DNA of 64,000 nt from the human T2T-CHM13v2.0 reference genome, Homo sapiens, in NCBI RefSeq assembly GCF_009914755.1, contig NC_060927.1; one strand, given 5' to 3'. Below, piece after piece: positions 10,966 through 24,845 of the stretch. Each line of letters begins with the position of its first letter. Position 1 is the first letter of the stretch. The position numbers and the translations under genes were made by a program. The notes beneath the pieces were generated by a model. It worked only from the letters and a program-made list of their open reading frames with translations, made no database searches and was not told the DNA's origin.

Positions 10966-11375
10966 GGGTCCTTTTGAGAACCATGTCTCATGTATTAAGC
11001 AGGTATAGAAGACTCCGTGCATGCAGTAGGAACATAATTCAAGCTATGACTAAATGATAAGGGAAAAAATGCATGAAATTAATAGGTAGATAGCATTAAT
11101 AGATGGAATTAACATAAATTCTTAAAGGCTAGACTTAAATGACTGTTCCATAAACAACATATACATTTTCCCTCCTTCATTATATACTTGCTTACGCTTG
11201 ATTCTCTGACAAACTACCAGCGTCATCCTGTGATTTATTTAACAGTGTTTCCCCAAAGATCAAGACCTACCACAAAGTATTATAATATTCCATTATTCAT
11301 TATAATTCATAGTTTGCTCTTCATAGGACAATCCCAAATCAAATAAACCATATGCCTGTGTTTTCTTACTATTAT

Positions 11376-11736
11376 TGTTATACTCTGAACGTTCGTGACT
11401 CCCACTCACATGTTGAAATCCCAACTTTCAATGTGATAGTATTAGGAGCTGGGGCCTGTGGTAGGTGATCAGGCGTGAGAGTGGAACCCTCATGAGTGGG
11501 ATTGGTACCCTTATAAAAGAAACCTCAGAGCGCTTCTTTACCCCTTCTGCCATGTGAGGACACAGTGAGAAGACAGCCATCTATGAACCAGGAAGCTGTC
11601 CCTCACCAGACAATGAATCTGCAGGCACCTTGATCTTGGCTTTCTTGACATCCAGAATGGTGAGAAATAAATCCCTGCTGTTTATAAGCTACTCAGTTTA
11701 GGTACTTTGACATAACAGCCTGAATGAACTAAGACA
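11376..11736 (+). mobile_element. MaLR solo LTR (MLT1A/MLT1A0-like)
   Basis: TG...CA termini, typical GCCATGTGAGGACACAGTGAGAAG and AATAAA, and a perfect 5-bp TSD ATTAT (11371-11375, 11737-11741). Confidence 0.9.
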
Positions 11737-11974
11737 ATTATACTTTAAAATTTAACGCTCATTTATTAAAATATGCTCTTTAAAATCCTATTTTCCAAAC
11801 CACATTAACCATGAAAAAGTCTTTTATTTAGTACAATTCTTTACACACAGAAATATGGCAAGTTATCATTTTCTTTTTAAAACCGTAAGTTAGCCAACAT
11901 TATAGTGTCAACAATTCATCAGAAAGAACATCCAACAAACCTGACTTCTTGGCTGTTTCTCACACTATCTGCAC

Positions 11975-12350
11975 TGTGATACGGCATCCAGGTCCCTCTT
12001 CAATAAAGGACTTCCAGCTGCTTAAATGCTAGCCCTTAAGGATTGTCTCAGCTGCAAAGGGCTGTCTTAGCCAGGTCAGGTCCTGTGGCTGGGATGGGGG
12101 TTGCAGGTGCACATCCAATAACTGATCGGTGTGGGAGTGTCCCAGCTCAGGATACTCTGAAGGGCCACTCAAACTCTGAGTTCCCAGTGGGGTTGGCTGT
12201 GGCGAATGATGCGCCTGCAGGGAAGCTCAGCTTCTCCTACTTGAACCTGCTTCCTTCCCCACTTCGACAGGTGTAGATCCCAAGGGTGCTGCTTCATAAA
12301 CATCCTAACTCCATTTCAGAGGCTGCGTCCTGAGAAACCCAACATACTAC
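11975..12350 (+). mobile_element. ERVL LTR (LTR16-like)
   Basis: GGATTGTCTCAGCTGCA, CCAATAACTGATC, ACTCTGAAGGGCCA, CAGGTGTAGATCCCAAGGG, CAGAGGCTGCGTCCTGAGAAACCCAAC; boundaries approximate. Confidence 0.65.
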
Positions 12351-14365
12351 ACTAAATACTATCCAAGCAAAACAGAAGATACTACCTACTACCCAAACAA
12401 AAACCGTCTTCAGCATGGAAAATATGTTTTTCCTTTTTAAAGTGTTTTCTTTTTTAAAGCCAAACTTAATCCGGATTGAAAGTTCTTATAAATGCCAAGA
12501 CAAAGATCCATTTCTCAAATGTCATTATGTTTTAATATTAACCTCATCTTTGCCATGTAAAGAAATACTACCATCCCACGTTTTGGTTATTGCTTTAAAG
12601 GATAAAATTGATTTCTCAGATTCCAGATTAGGTTGTGAAAATCATTTTCATTATTTTATGAACTCACATGTTGGAACAGTCAGTTTCAGTGAGATATATT
12701 TGATAATGAAATCGTTTACTCTTCATTATTTCAAACATCCTTTCATTCTACCATTCAGAATACCATAAATATACGTGAGAAGTACTGTGAAATGCTGTGT
12801 TGTGGTTAGTAAATAAGATCTGAATCTATTAAAGTGATATTGTTATTTGAGTACACACTGTTGTCTCCTCTTAGGCGTAACTAACTCAAAATCCTATATA
12901 TGCTTTTGTCCTGGACAGAAGCAAACTGGCTTTGAGCCCACCAACTAAGACTCGTCTATATAATCAGGGTAACTTGTGCATTAACAACCTGGAGATAATT
13001 TGTCTACAAAAGTGCCACTGAATTTTGCCTTGGATTGTTACAATCTTGTTTGGAGAGTCTTGGGTAAGCCATAGCTAAAACTCCCTTCTGCCCTCTGCTG
13101 GATTTAAGAAGTTTTAACCTGTTTTCACTTGTCAATATACACACTAGAAAATTCCTGCCAATGATAAAAGGTTCTCTTTCCTCTCAATGATGCTTATGCA
13201 TCTCGTTAAAATGTTGACCCTTTATTCAAAGGAGTCAACATCAAGTATTTGGCTAAATTCTAATATTCAGGAGATAGGGTAATTTTGAACACTTCTTATT
13301 CCTTTTAAAGTGAAGAAAGCCCTTTAGTAGCAGAAAGAGTATTGCAGACACACATTTACTAAGCCCCTATAAGAAACAAAGTCCCTAAGGCCACACTGTT
13401 CCAGAAGCTAATCCCTTCCTACATCCACATTTCCATTTAGCCTCCCTGAGCCCATTAGTCTGCAATTTTACAAACGATATGGTAACAGAACTCGAGCCTT
13501 CCCCAGCGTTATACAAGCCCAAATGTCTTCCTTGAAAACTTTCCTGGGCTAAGTTTAAGTGAAAATGAGCTGACATCAGCTATCATGGCAGATGGGTTGC
13601 CATGCAACCAAAACACAGGGCTGGAAGGGAAAAAGACAGAGGAGGGAAAATTTTCAACTGTACGCTTTGGCTGTAGGGATCAGTTCCAACAAGTGCCATC
13701 TCTGCAATGATCCGAGGTTTTCTGTGTAATTACTGGAGGATAAGATCTAGTGACTCTGGCTGTTTAGCTGTTAGATTATCCAAAGCTATGAGTGGGAACA
13801 GAAGGAAGATGCACATACACCACTGAGCTTGTTAGCAGCAAAACAAAAAAGGAAGGATAGAGGATAGCTATTCCCTTGGGTGGGTCTCTTCTTTTCATGG
13901 AGGCACTGGCATATGCTTGTTCTTAAGTAAAACTGCCACTCAACCTCTTTTCCTGTAATTCACTGTTTCTTGGTTTTGATATATTTCAGAGTTTTTACTT
14001 AAGAATATCTTAATAGTACCCTTTTATATAGATACTCAGGTCCTAAGTTTAAGGAATGTGTTTCACGTCATGCTTTCAGTTATTTACTGATTATCTTTAG
14101 AATATCAAGTGAAAAATGGAACTCTGTCCCTGACTTATGTTCTAGTGAATAAAACTATATCATATTCCACTAAATTGAAACTGCAAACCTTCATCATGCA
14201 AACATATAATGCCAGATTGCTAATACTAGAGCACAAAAACTAAGTATGATTTCTTGTTGTCTTTACAACCCCACCCCAGTAAGTCTGTGAAAACTCAAAT
14301 AGAGAGTTCAAGAAATACTAAGTAGGTAAGTCAAAATAGTACCTGTATAGACTTCTTTAAAACAG

Positions 14366-14367
<2 letters not shown>

Positions 14368-14401
<34 letters not shown>
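14368..14401 (+). repeat. (AC)17 microsatellite
   Basis: Uninterrupted AC run read directly. Confidence 0.95.
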
Positions 14402-14403
<2 letters not shown>

Positions 14404-15554
14404 ACATATGTTGAAGGGAGAAAGGTTTATAAAAGAAGTAAAATTTTTATGTCTTATAATTAAAGTTACAAAATTAGATAAATTTTATCTTTTTATATAC
14501 CTTTGACTATATGCCTGAATATCTCAGTAATAGTCATTGTTTCATATAAAAGAGTTTCCTTTTTTAGCTCCAACTCATGTAGCACATACCAGTAACAAAC
14601 AGTGCCTTATTCCAGCAGTGGGTTTTAATGGCAGGAAGGGTACACGGTGTGATGATGTTGACAAAGTCCTTCTTTCATTCTGATGCATCCCCTAGGGTAA
14701 GTCTCCTTGGTTGACAATAAACAATATAAAACCTTCCTATAAAAATATTATGGTTTATGTTTCCAGGGTGGAAGTATTTTTGTCAAGCTTACCTGACATT
14801 CTGAGGAACGTCTGAGATGTGGGCATAGCCACCTTTTTCTAAGAAAGTCACTAATCCATGAAATTCTTAATGACCCCAGTTGGAAAAGATTTTAGGCCTT
14901 TCCTCGTTCATGCCCAGAAATCATCTATCTGAAGAAAAAACTGGTTCCAAGAGGAGAAATCACTCATGTGGGGTCATACGGCCTTAGTGACAGATTACCA
15001 GCATTGTTGCATTCCAACATTTGCGCAAAGACCAGAATAACACATATGTCCTGATCTCCCCATGACAATGCACAATGGCTTAAGAGGGAAGTAGCAGAGG
15101 TCTCAGGGCAATGTGCCAGTTTTTCATTTTTATTGGTCAAATCTTTAGTGGGACCTGGGACAACTGGCAGAACATGTCTGACCATCCACATTTATCATAA
15201 AGAAGAATGGGCCTGGTCTGCCTTGATAGAGCCATTAGTATTCCCAAATAGACTGTAAGACCCTGGAAATACAGAAGACAAAAACGGAGCTTTCCAGTTT
15301 TTCAATAATATTCTGAGTTATTAGTACTCACAATTAGGATAATATGTTTTATATGTCAAAGAGTCTGCTTTATTTTGCATAATTTGAGACAACTGCATAT
15401 AATTTTATTTTTTTAGAAGACTGATTAATTCACGTATGGTAATGGTAATGCCCTATTGACCAGAATATATATATAGTAACAGGGCTGATTTAAAAGATGT
15501 CACTCCAAAGGAGTCTTTCTTAGTATTTCCCCATTTTGACACTGATATGTACGC

Positions 15555-15775
15555 AAGAACACTGGACTCAACATAGGCTTGGGCTTGGATCCTGGGCTTG
15601 TCATTTACTATTCAAGTGAGGCTAACAAATTACTTAACCTCTCTGAGTTTCCAATTCCTTATCTATTAAAAAACAAACAAATTGATGAAAAGTAAGTAAA
15701 CGCATATAAAAACCCACCCTTACAGGATTGCTATGAAGTGTCTAAGCGCATCGTAGATATTTAGCTCATGTTCCC
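15555..15775. mobile_element. MIR SINE remnant
   Basis: GGATCCTGGGCTTGTCATTTACTA...TTACTTAACCTCTCTGAGTTTCC...CTTATCTATTAAA...ACAGGATTGCTATGAAG. Confidence 0.6.
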
Positions 15776-16211
15776 CATATGTTCTTCCCTTTTCCTACCA
15801 CACATAAACTGGAAGAGCAAATAAACACAGATTCCACGGAGTTATTTTAAAGATTTAATTAAACAAGATAATCTATTTAAAGCCTCTAGCACATGCAAGG
15901 CACACAAAACATGTTAGATGAAGGGAAATGAATGAAGTATTCTCTCCCCTGGCTGTACCAAGACTGCTGCTAGTCAAGGCTGCTTCCTCTGAGTGAATGC
16001 CATCGTGTGGCACGACACACAGGGTGGCAGGCAGAGGGCAGGCTGGATTCTAGCTCTTTCTTGTCCTCTCACCCAGGTACCCCATGGAATGAACAACCTG
16101 TACATCCTAGTGGAGGGTCTTGACCTGAACTAAATTAGCACTTTCGACATCTACTGTCATTGTGGGCTGTGTTCATGGTGTATCTTTCTTCCTAAACAAG
16201 ACAACAATACA

Positions 16212-16434
16212 CAATCGTCCCTTGGTCCCAGGAGCTCCTACATATGCTGAAATGTGTCCATACTCAAGTCCCATAGCTGACCTTGTGGAATCCACTTACA
16301 CAACAAGTTGGTCCTCTGTATAAGTGGGTTTCATATCCTGCAAATAGTATATTTTCAATCTGTATTTGATTGAAAAATAGCCACCTATAAGTGGACCTGT
16401 GCAGCTCAAACCTGTGTTGTTCAAGGGTCAACCG
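16212..16434 (+). mobile_element. MER8 (Tigger-family non-autonomous DNA transposon)
   Basis: CATACTCAAGTCCC...GTATATTTTCAATCTG...TATAAGTGGACCTGTGCAGCTCAAACCTGTGTTGTTCAAGGGTCAACCG terminus. Confidence 0.8.
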
Positions 16435-17794
16435 TGAAGCATCTGGCACAGTAACTCACGAAAAGGCGTCACAAATGAAAGATCCTATCTTAGGTGACAT
16501 CTATAACCTCCTTGTGGTCAACATTCTTTTGCTGCATTGCTAGTACAGACTTTAGATTAGAAGGCACCCGCTTTTTATGTATACCATTTCTTTCAATCAA
16601 CCTGAATACCTCATTAACCGTAACCTAGGATTATGGAATTTGCCCTACAATATAATATGAAAGCCTGTCAGCATATGTTTACTAATCATCTAAAAGATGG
16701 GAAGAGAAAAATGCCTCTCTAATCTTCCATTATTTTCCTTCTTAAAAATTAAAACTGAAGGTCTTAAAAATTGGTGGGCTTTGTCAAAGTCTACTAAGCT
16801 ATTTTAAACAGAATGAACATGAGTTAGACCTGGATTCGAGTCCAATTCATTTATGACCAACATCAACCACTGTGGGCCTTGGTTTCCTTAAACAAAATTG
16901 TAGAATAACAACTGGTACAAGTTTGTTGGGTGGCCACAGGAATAAAATGAGAAAATGCACAACAAATTTCTTAGTGTGTAGTTTTGTGCTTAGTTGGTAA
17001 TCAGTGAACAGGGTTTGTTGGCACATGCATACACATATCGATATATTATCAATATATTTTTTCCCATCAAATAAATCCCGACCTTTCTTTTCAGTACTTA
17101 GGATAGTTTAAGAACTCATGGTTTTTGCCATTCAGAACTTACTGGCAAGACCCAATAGAGAGTCTTATTAGCCCTACCTAGCAGCTTCCCAAAGTCACAA
17201 TAGGGTACAAAAGTTACAGACTGACAATTTACAAGGACAGTGTTCACTTCTGAAGGCTCATTCTTGAAAGGCCAAAAAAAAAAAAAAAAAGTGAAGAGCA
17301 AGAGTAATGGTGTTAAACAGCTACATAAGGATACAGAAATATATCAGGGATGACCACATTAATGCTCTCCTGATCTTCCCAAGAACCCATAAGCTTGTGA
17401 TGGAGATGCTCTGAATGAAGTCAACTGTACCCCATCACTGACCCTTTGCCCAGGACCCAGCTGGGTCCGGTTTCCATTCCTTTCTCACGTTGAGATGTAT
17501 ATGTCAACTACTTAATTACTCCGAAACTGGAAAGCTGTGTTTAATTGGGGAGGAGAAGGGGGGAAGTCTACATTTTGGAAGAAAAATAATGAAGTAGGCC
17601 AAGTCTAAGAAATTGCAACAAGGATAAAGACAGGATTCAAAACTCAGATTTTACTTATTCACACAGTAAGTATGAGCGTCTCCTATGAGCCAGTGCTGTG
17701 CTAGACACTGAAGAGACAAAGGTGAAGAGAAACATACACCACCCCCACTGCATAATGCTGATGATTTAGTGAGAAAGCCAAATGTTAATTCTAT

Positions 17795-18150
17795 CAATCA
17801 GGACAGGTGAAGTTATGCTGAGTAACAAAGCTAATATCTCAGTGACTCAAAACAACCAAGTTTTATTTTTCATTCACACTAGATGACCATCAAGGGTGAG
17901 TGGGGCGGGAGGGATTGGGGGCGCTTTTCTTTCCTTAACTTAGGACCCAGATGGGTAGAGCAAGCCATGTCTAGAAGGAACTTCACAGTCACTCTGCTGG
18001 AGGAAAAGAAGGCTCTGGGCATTCTCTTTTTGGCAGTTAAATGCTCTGGCATGCAAATGACATACATCATTTTCATACACAAATCATTGGTCAAAACTAG
18101 TCACATGGTCCCACCCTCACCCATGAAAGAAAGCACGATTCTACCACATG
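17795..18150 (-). mobile_element. Old MaLR LTR (MLT1J/K/L-like)
   Basis: AGTTATGCTG..AGTAACAAA...ATCTCAGTGACTCAAAACAACCAAGTTTTATTT...TCATTGGTCAAAACTAGTCACATGG is typical of the reverse strand of MLT1J-L. Confidence 0.6.
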
Positions 18151-18927
18151 CTGGGAGAACTGGGAATCTGTGATATGCTGCATGAACAGCTCCCACACTA
18201 ATCAGATAATCACACACGAATCAACATATGATTAGAAATTGAGATAATAGCACTGAATGAAATGAATAAGGTCCTAGCCAAAATGCACAAGAGGAAGAAG
18301 AGGAGTGAAAATTATTTAGCCTGAAAAATGGAAAATTCAAAAAGGCTATGAGAGCCATCTTCAAATATCTGATAAGCTGTGCTAGTACAGAAGAAATGGA
18401 ATTTGCCTACATGGTTTCACTAAGCAGAACATATAGAGAGAAGTTTTCAGTGTAATGTTGTAAAGTCATCCATCCGGCAGAATTTTCTAGCAATGCTGCC
18501 TGTGGAGGCAGTACCTTTCCTATCCCAAGAGAGGATCAATCAGAATCTTCAGCAGGGATGGAGTCTCAGTATAGATGTCTTCCGAGGTGGCTGCCCATCC
18601 CAAGAACCTACTACTTAAGACAGACAACTATAACGTAGACTTCTATAGCCACCTATGACCATCCAGTGTGGGCCCAGTCACAGTGGCTGTAAGAAGACCA
18701 TAATCTGAGCATTACGCCCAAAGGCTGGATGCTGCCCTTCCTTCTCATCTGGCCTACTCTATGTCATTTGTAAACTGCAGCCCTGCTGCTGTCACATCCT
18801 CCAGCCGACTTCACCAGTTTTACAAAGAGATAACTAGCACCAGCAATGACACACATAACAGCAAAAGAAGAGCTGAGTTTATAGTACACATTTGAAGTAC
18901 ATACATCTCATGACAAGGACTCTCTGA

Positions 18928-19333
<406 letters not shown>

Positions 19334-20295
19334 TAGTGTCCCCATTTTACAGATAAGGAAATTAAGAAAAATAGCAGCCAAATAAATTGTTTATGGCCAT
19401 GATAGCTGACCTGGGATCCAAATTCAAGTTGATCCTATGCTGCTTTCCTGCATTAAATGGGCTTTCCTAGGAGAGAATAAACAATGTAATACCTTGGGCC
19501 TTTGGAACTGCCACATAAACTGTATAGGAAACAGTAAGTAGAAATTTATTTCTCCATCCAAAAATGGAACAAATTCTATTTTGGAGTAAACAGATTTCTA
19601 GAGCAGATTAAAAACTGACTTTAGTCATCTCTGGGGAATAAAGTATATGAGCAAATGGGTCAAGGATCATAGGAAAGAGACGATTATAGATGACATTATA
19701 AAAAGATACTTAGTGCTGAGACACACAGCTATGTGGGTGCACACGTGTGCGTGTGCATCTGTGTTGCACACTTAGCTCTTGGACAACTTTCAGAGAACAT
19801 TCCACAAGTGTTTTAATCACAACAGCATCCCTGAAATTCTTTCAGGCTCCCAGAACAAACTCTGAAAATATTCCCACATATTCAGATGCGTAGTCTAATT
19901 TGTTATTTTAACCCAACATCAGAGCCTTAATTTGAAGGTCATATCCCCTAAGTTTATACTACTAGGTTGAGGAGACAGGTGGAGGTAGCCAGGAACATGA
20001 CTGCCAAAAACATACTAACCACAAGGCCAGAAACTTTTATTGAACTCTAATGGAAGAAAGTCTTTTCCCTTTACAGACACAGCAGTACCTATTACAGTCA
20101 CATTTTGTCTCTGTACAAAACCCTTATCGGGTACACTGGGACATGAAGAAAGAATTCTGTGTCTTCTCTAAAAACAAAAACTGGTATCCATCAAACTGTG
20201 ATAAGAGATAATGCTCCTTGTAACAAGCACCCTAAAAAAAGGTGTCACTATCCATGTAAAAGAGACCTTGAATCGGTGATCTACATTACACATTT

Positions 20296-20443
20296 GAATT
20301 TGCTAAACTAGCTTTAAAATGATCCCAATTTATATAAAGAAGCCTCCTCTAAAGGACTTACAAACTATCGAATTTGCTAAACTAGCTTTAAAATGATCCC
20401 AATTTATATAAAGAAGCCTCCTCTAAAGGACTTACAAACTATC
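20296..20443. repeat. Perfect 74-bp tandem duplication
   Basis: GAATTTGCTAAACTAG...GGACTTACAAACTATC at 20296-20369 and identically at 20370-20443. Confidence 0.97.
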
Positions 20444-20499
20444 ACTGGCTAGTCAAAGAAGACCCTGTCTTACTTTAGACGAGTTTACTAACTTGTTTT

Positions 20500-20810
20500 A
20501 CTGTTTACTTTAGAAATTTTCAAACATATACAATAGTAGATATAATAGTAAAATAAATTCCCATGTATCCATCACCTAACTTCAACAATTATGTTTGCCA
20601 TTCTTATTTCATTTATCCCATTTTTTTGGCATAATATGTTAAGGTAAATCCCAGACAACCTATCATTTTACCCATAAACATCACTTTCTCAATTAGACAC
20701 AGACATTTGTCTAAAGACTTTTTAAGTATAACCACCATTCTCATATCTAAACAAAATTAATAGTTCCTATTATTACAGACCTCACTTGAATTTACATTTT
20801 TCCTAATATA
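20500..20810 (-). mobile_element. Old L1M 3'-end fragment
   Basis: AATTTTCAAACATATACAA...CCCATGTATCCATCACCTAACTTCAACAATT...ATAACCACCATTCTCATATCTAAACAAAATTAATAGTTCC is typical of L1MD/ME ends. Confidence 0.6.
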
Positions 20811-20864
20811 TGAGTATGCTTGTGTGTGTGTGTGTGTGCGCACGCACATGTGCGTATGACTTTG

Positions 20865-21300
20865 TTGATATCCTGCCCTGTGTCCCCAGCCCATCCCTGG
20901 GTTCACTTGCAGCTGTGACAGGCAGTCCCCGAGATGTTCCCAGCCCCTCTCCTCAAGTGCCAGTGACTCTGCCCCTCTGCCTAAGGGCATTCTCTCTCCA
21001 GCCACTGCCAGGAAGTGCAGGGGAGTTAATGCAAGAGAACTGACACCATTGGGGCGACTGTCAACCACTGGGGCAGAATCAGTAGATAAATGCCCTAGCT
21101 TCCCCAGACTCTGTGGGCGATTCTACATTGGGTTCTATACAACCTCTCAGATGAACCCATTCAATAGCTTATTAATAGACAGAATCTTTATTGGCTTTTC
21201 TCTCATCTGTCTCAATTGCTGTATTCCCTCACTCCTGTTTCTTTGTGTCACCTCCCAAGTGAACTACCACAGCAGAGTAATTCTTGTTTCTGGAACTGTA
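20865..21300 (+). mobile_element. ERVL LTR (LTR16/LTR33-like), preceded by a (TG)n at ~20822-20838
   Basis: CCTCTGCCTAAGGGCATTCTCT, GGGGAGTTAATGC, GTAGATAAATGCCCTAGCTTCCC, TTTATTGGCTTT, CACCTCCCAAGTGAACTACC. Confidence 0.55.
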
Positions 21301-21924
21301 GTGGGTGGGGGGTGTAAAGCAGGGACAGACAGGCTCAGGTCTGTTAATAATTCTTGATGACATTACATTTCATATGGACAACTGGCCATGAGGAGCCTGG
21401 AAGCCTAAGCTACTGGTAAGGGATTACTTGCTCTTTCCCACAATCAGTTATAGATCCATTACAAGTCTTATAAAACTAGATCTGAGAACAATTCTCAAAA
21501 AGAGTTCATTAGCCTTCACAGATCAGCAAGCTTGCTTTTCTGTGCATTTACAGCTAGCATCTTCCTGATTATTTCTTGCTTTGTTGTTATCTCAATTCTC
21601 CTCACTTCCCAAGGGACATTTTAAGACCTCTGGAAAGCTTTGGAGAGGTGAAAATCCATATATTTTTCAGATACAGGCATTTCTTTCTTAAATTCCAAAG
21701 AGAACAATGGGGATTAAGGTTGGGGAGGGTGGATTAAAAAAAAGAACTCACTCCAGGAACCAACCATCAGAGTGGAGCTTTGTTCAAACAGACCTTACTT
21801 ATACATGAAAGCCTCAAGCCAAATTTAAAGACCAAAACAAAGTTTCTCTTTCAGCCTCTGTTGAGGATTATTCTGTCTCTATTCCTCTAAATTGTACAGA
21901 AATACTTCTAAATGATATATTTAG

Positions 21925-22290
<366 letters not shown>

Positions 22291-24520
22291 TAGTGTTTAC
22301 ACTAATTATCAATTATGTGTTTACCTGTCAGTGTCCCTCTGATGACTTGTGTATCTCCCACCCTAACACAAGAGAAGTTCAGCAGAGTAAGCTGAATCAG
22401 TAAATAGATGGTGGAGCCTAATGACAAAGTTTTCTGAAATAAACTCTATCTTTATGGTGGATGAAACTGTCAGGTGATATACTTCGACTGACAACACTGT
22501 CATTGTGAGACATGATGAAAGACTCCAGATCCTCTATATCTGCAAGCAAGGGACTCATATCACATTCTCAGAAGAGATGAAGGAGAAGCTAGGGGCTTGT
22601 TCATGAACTATACTGTAACTACACAGACACGTCTCCTCTTGTTCTTTGAGGATAATTTAGCTCTAGGACATTCTCCAAAGCACCAATTTTTAGTCAACAA
22701 CCTCATCAGGGAAGCAGGAGAAAAGTTACTATATAACTATAGTGTGATCTAAGATCAAAGTCTAATACCTAATTTCTAAAAAGATTAAAACCATGTATTT
22801 TTTCCCTTGATGCATACGTGGAGAACCTATAAATAAATGGATTCCTTACTAAGCCATTCCCAAAAACTGCCAGGAGATGGCATCCACACTCTACTCATTT
22901 ACTAAGAGTTTCTAGCTGGGCTTGGACGTCTTACAATCTTAGAATAAAATCTTTGGGGAAACAAGCTGATCAACGGGCTAAAATGTGATAAGACTACATT
23001 AAAAGCATCAGTCCCAGGCCTATTTACTTTGAGGTTCCACCCAGTGACTTGTAACTTTTCTGTTTAGTTTCCCTGAGAAAATCCTCCTGATAATTTAGAA
23101 GCTGAAGGGATCATCTAGGTTGAGCCAAGACTGAAAGATGCTTTGTCTTGGCAAGCAACATGGCTGACAATGGGTTCCCAATGCATATTCAGGAGCTCTT
23201 TGCAAGGCAGAGTTGTCCGCTTGCACTTACTGCAGTTAATTTTTTTTTTTTTTTTTTAATGAACAAAGCTTCAGTTTCCAGGAATAAAAGAAAAAGAAGT
23301 CAGAGGAAACAGTCTTTGATGTTATGAGGCTGAGACACTACTCTTCCTTCAGGACTATTTCATTCTGACTATAAGTGAATAAATACATTGAAGACTTCAG
23401 GAGCTCAGAAGATTAATAAAAAGAAAATGTTTTAACCTATCTTCCATCAAGTCTAAATAAACAATATATATATTGTATGACGCTTTGCAGTTTCCAGAGA
23501 ATGGCCACAATCATTTTCCCATTTGTTCCCTATAATTACTTGATGAACAGCTCTAGAATTCTCATTGTAGGGATGTGGAGGCTGAGGCTCCTAGCCCTAA
23601 GTAACTAGTCAAGATGAGTATACAAAGTATCCACCTAGTTCTCCGGCCTAAACCAGACTAAAACTAATCTGACCACACACAATTATTTTGAAGGAAAGAT
23701 AGAGGGATCATTTTTTTTCCCATCAAGTTGTCAATTTGTTGTAAGGTGGGAGAAAGGGCTCAAAATGTAAGGTGTGCTCTATTGGGAGGAATCTATGATG
23801 GTTATAGCCAGACTGCCTGGGTTACTGATAAGATTCCCTTCTTTCCTTACCTATGCCAGCAAAATAAACACACATCTTTGATGAAAAATAACTTGTCTTT
23901 AAGTGTCAATAACCAAGTGCTTAATAGCTATTAATCAATTTTCCACATGGCTTATTAACAATGACCTCCTGCTTCTATTGTTTTTGCCTTCGTTTAAATA
24001 AGTAAATGTTATTTCAAATACTAATTTCCTCAATCTAGTTTTCAAATAACAAATCAGTAATATCCTAAAAACATGCTAGTTTGAAAAATAATGATATGTT
24101 AATAAGTCTTAGAAGTATTTCCATCGTATAAAGTTGGAATGTTTGATACATCCAGAAGTTCAGATTAGTACAGCTACACCCATCCCTGTAATTTAAGAAA
24201 GGACTAAGGGATCAAATGAGTTTTTCCAAGGACAACAGACATGAAAAAAAAAATACTGACAGGCTAACAGACTAATAAAGAGCTGAATCTGCTGAGACAG
24301 AATTGCCTACCTGATAACTGTTTTCAGTATCTGGGTAAAAACATACTCTATTGTTTGAGCTTGAAAATGTTCGGATCAAAAGAAATCAGACTTGAAATAA
24401 CCAGCCAAAGCCCTCTGCAGAAGTAGAAATTTGCAGTTTAAAAGCACGGGTAGATCATTTAAAAGAGGACAAAGCTGCAGTGTTTTTAAATCCATGCCTG
24501 CTCAATTAAAAAAAGTCTTG

Positions 24521-24845
<325 letters not shown>

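Noticed and set aside
20296-20443. Direct repeats as a CRISPR-like array
   Set aside because: Only two abutting copies, no spacers, eukaryotic context and no cas genes.
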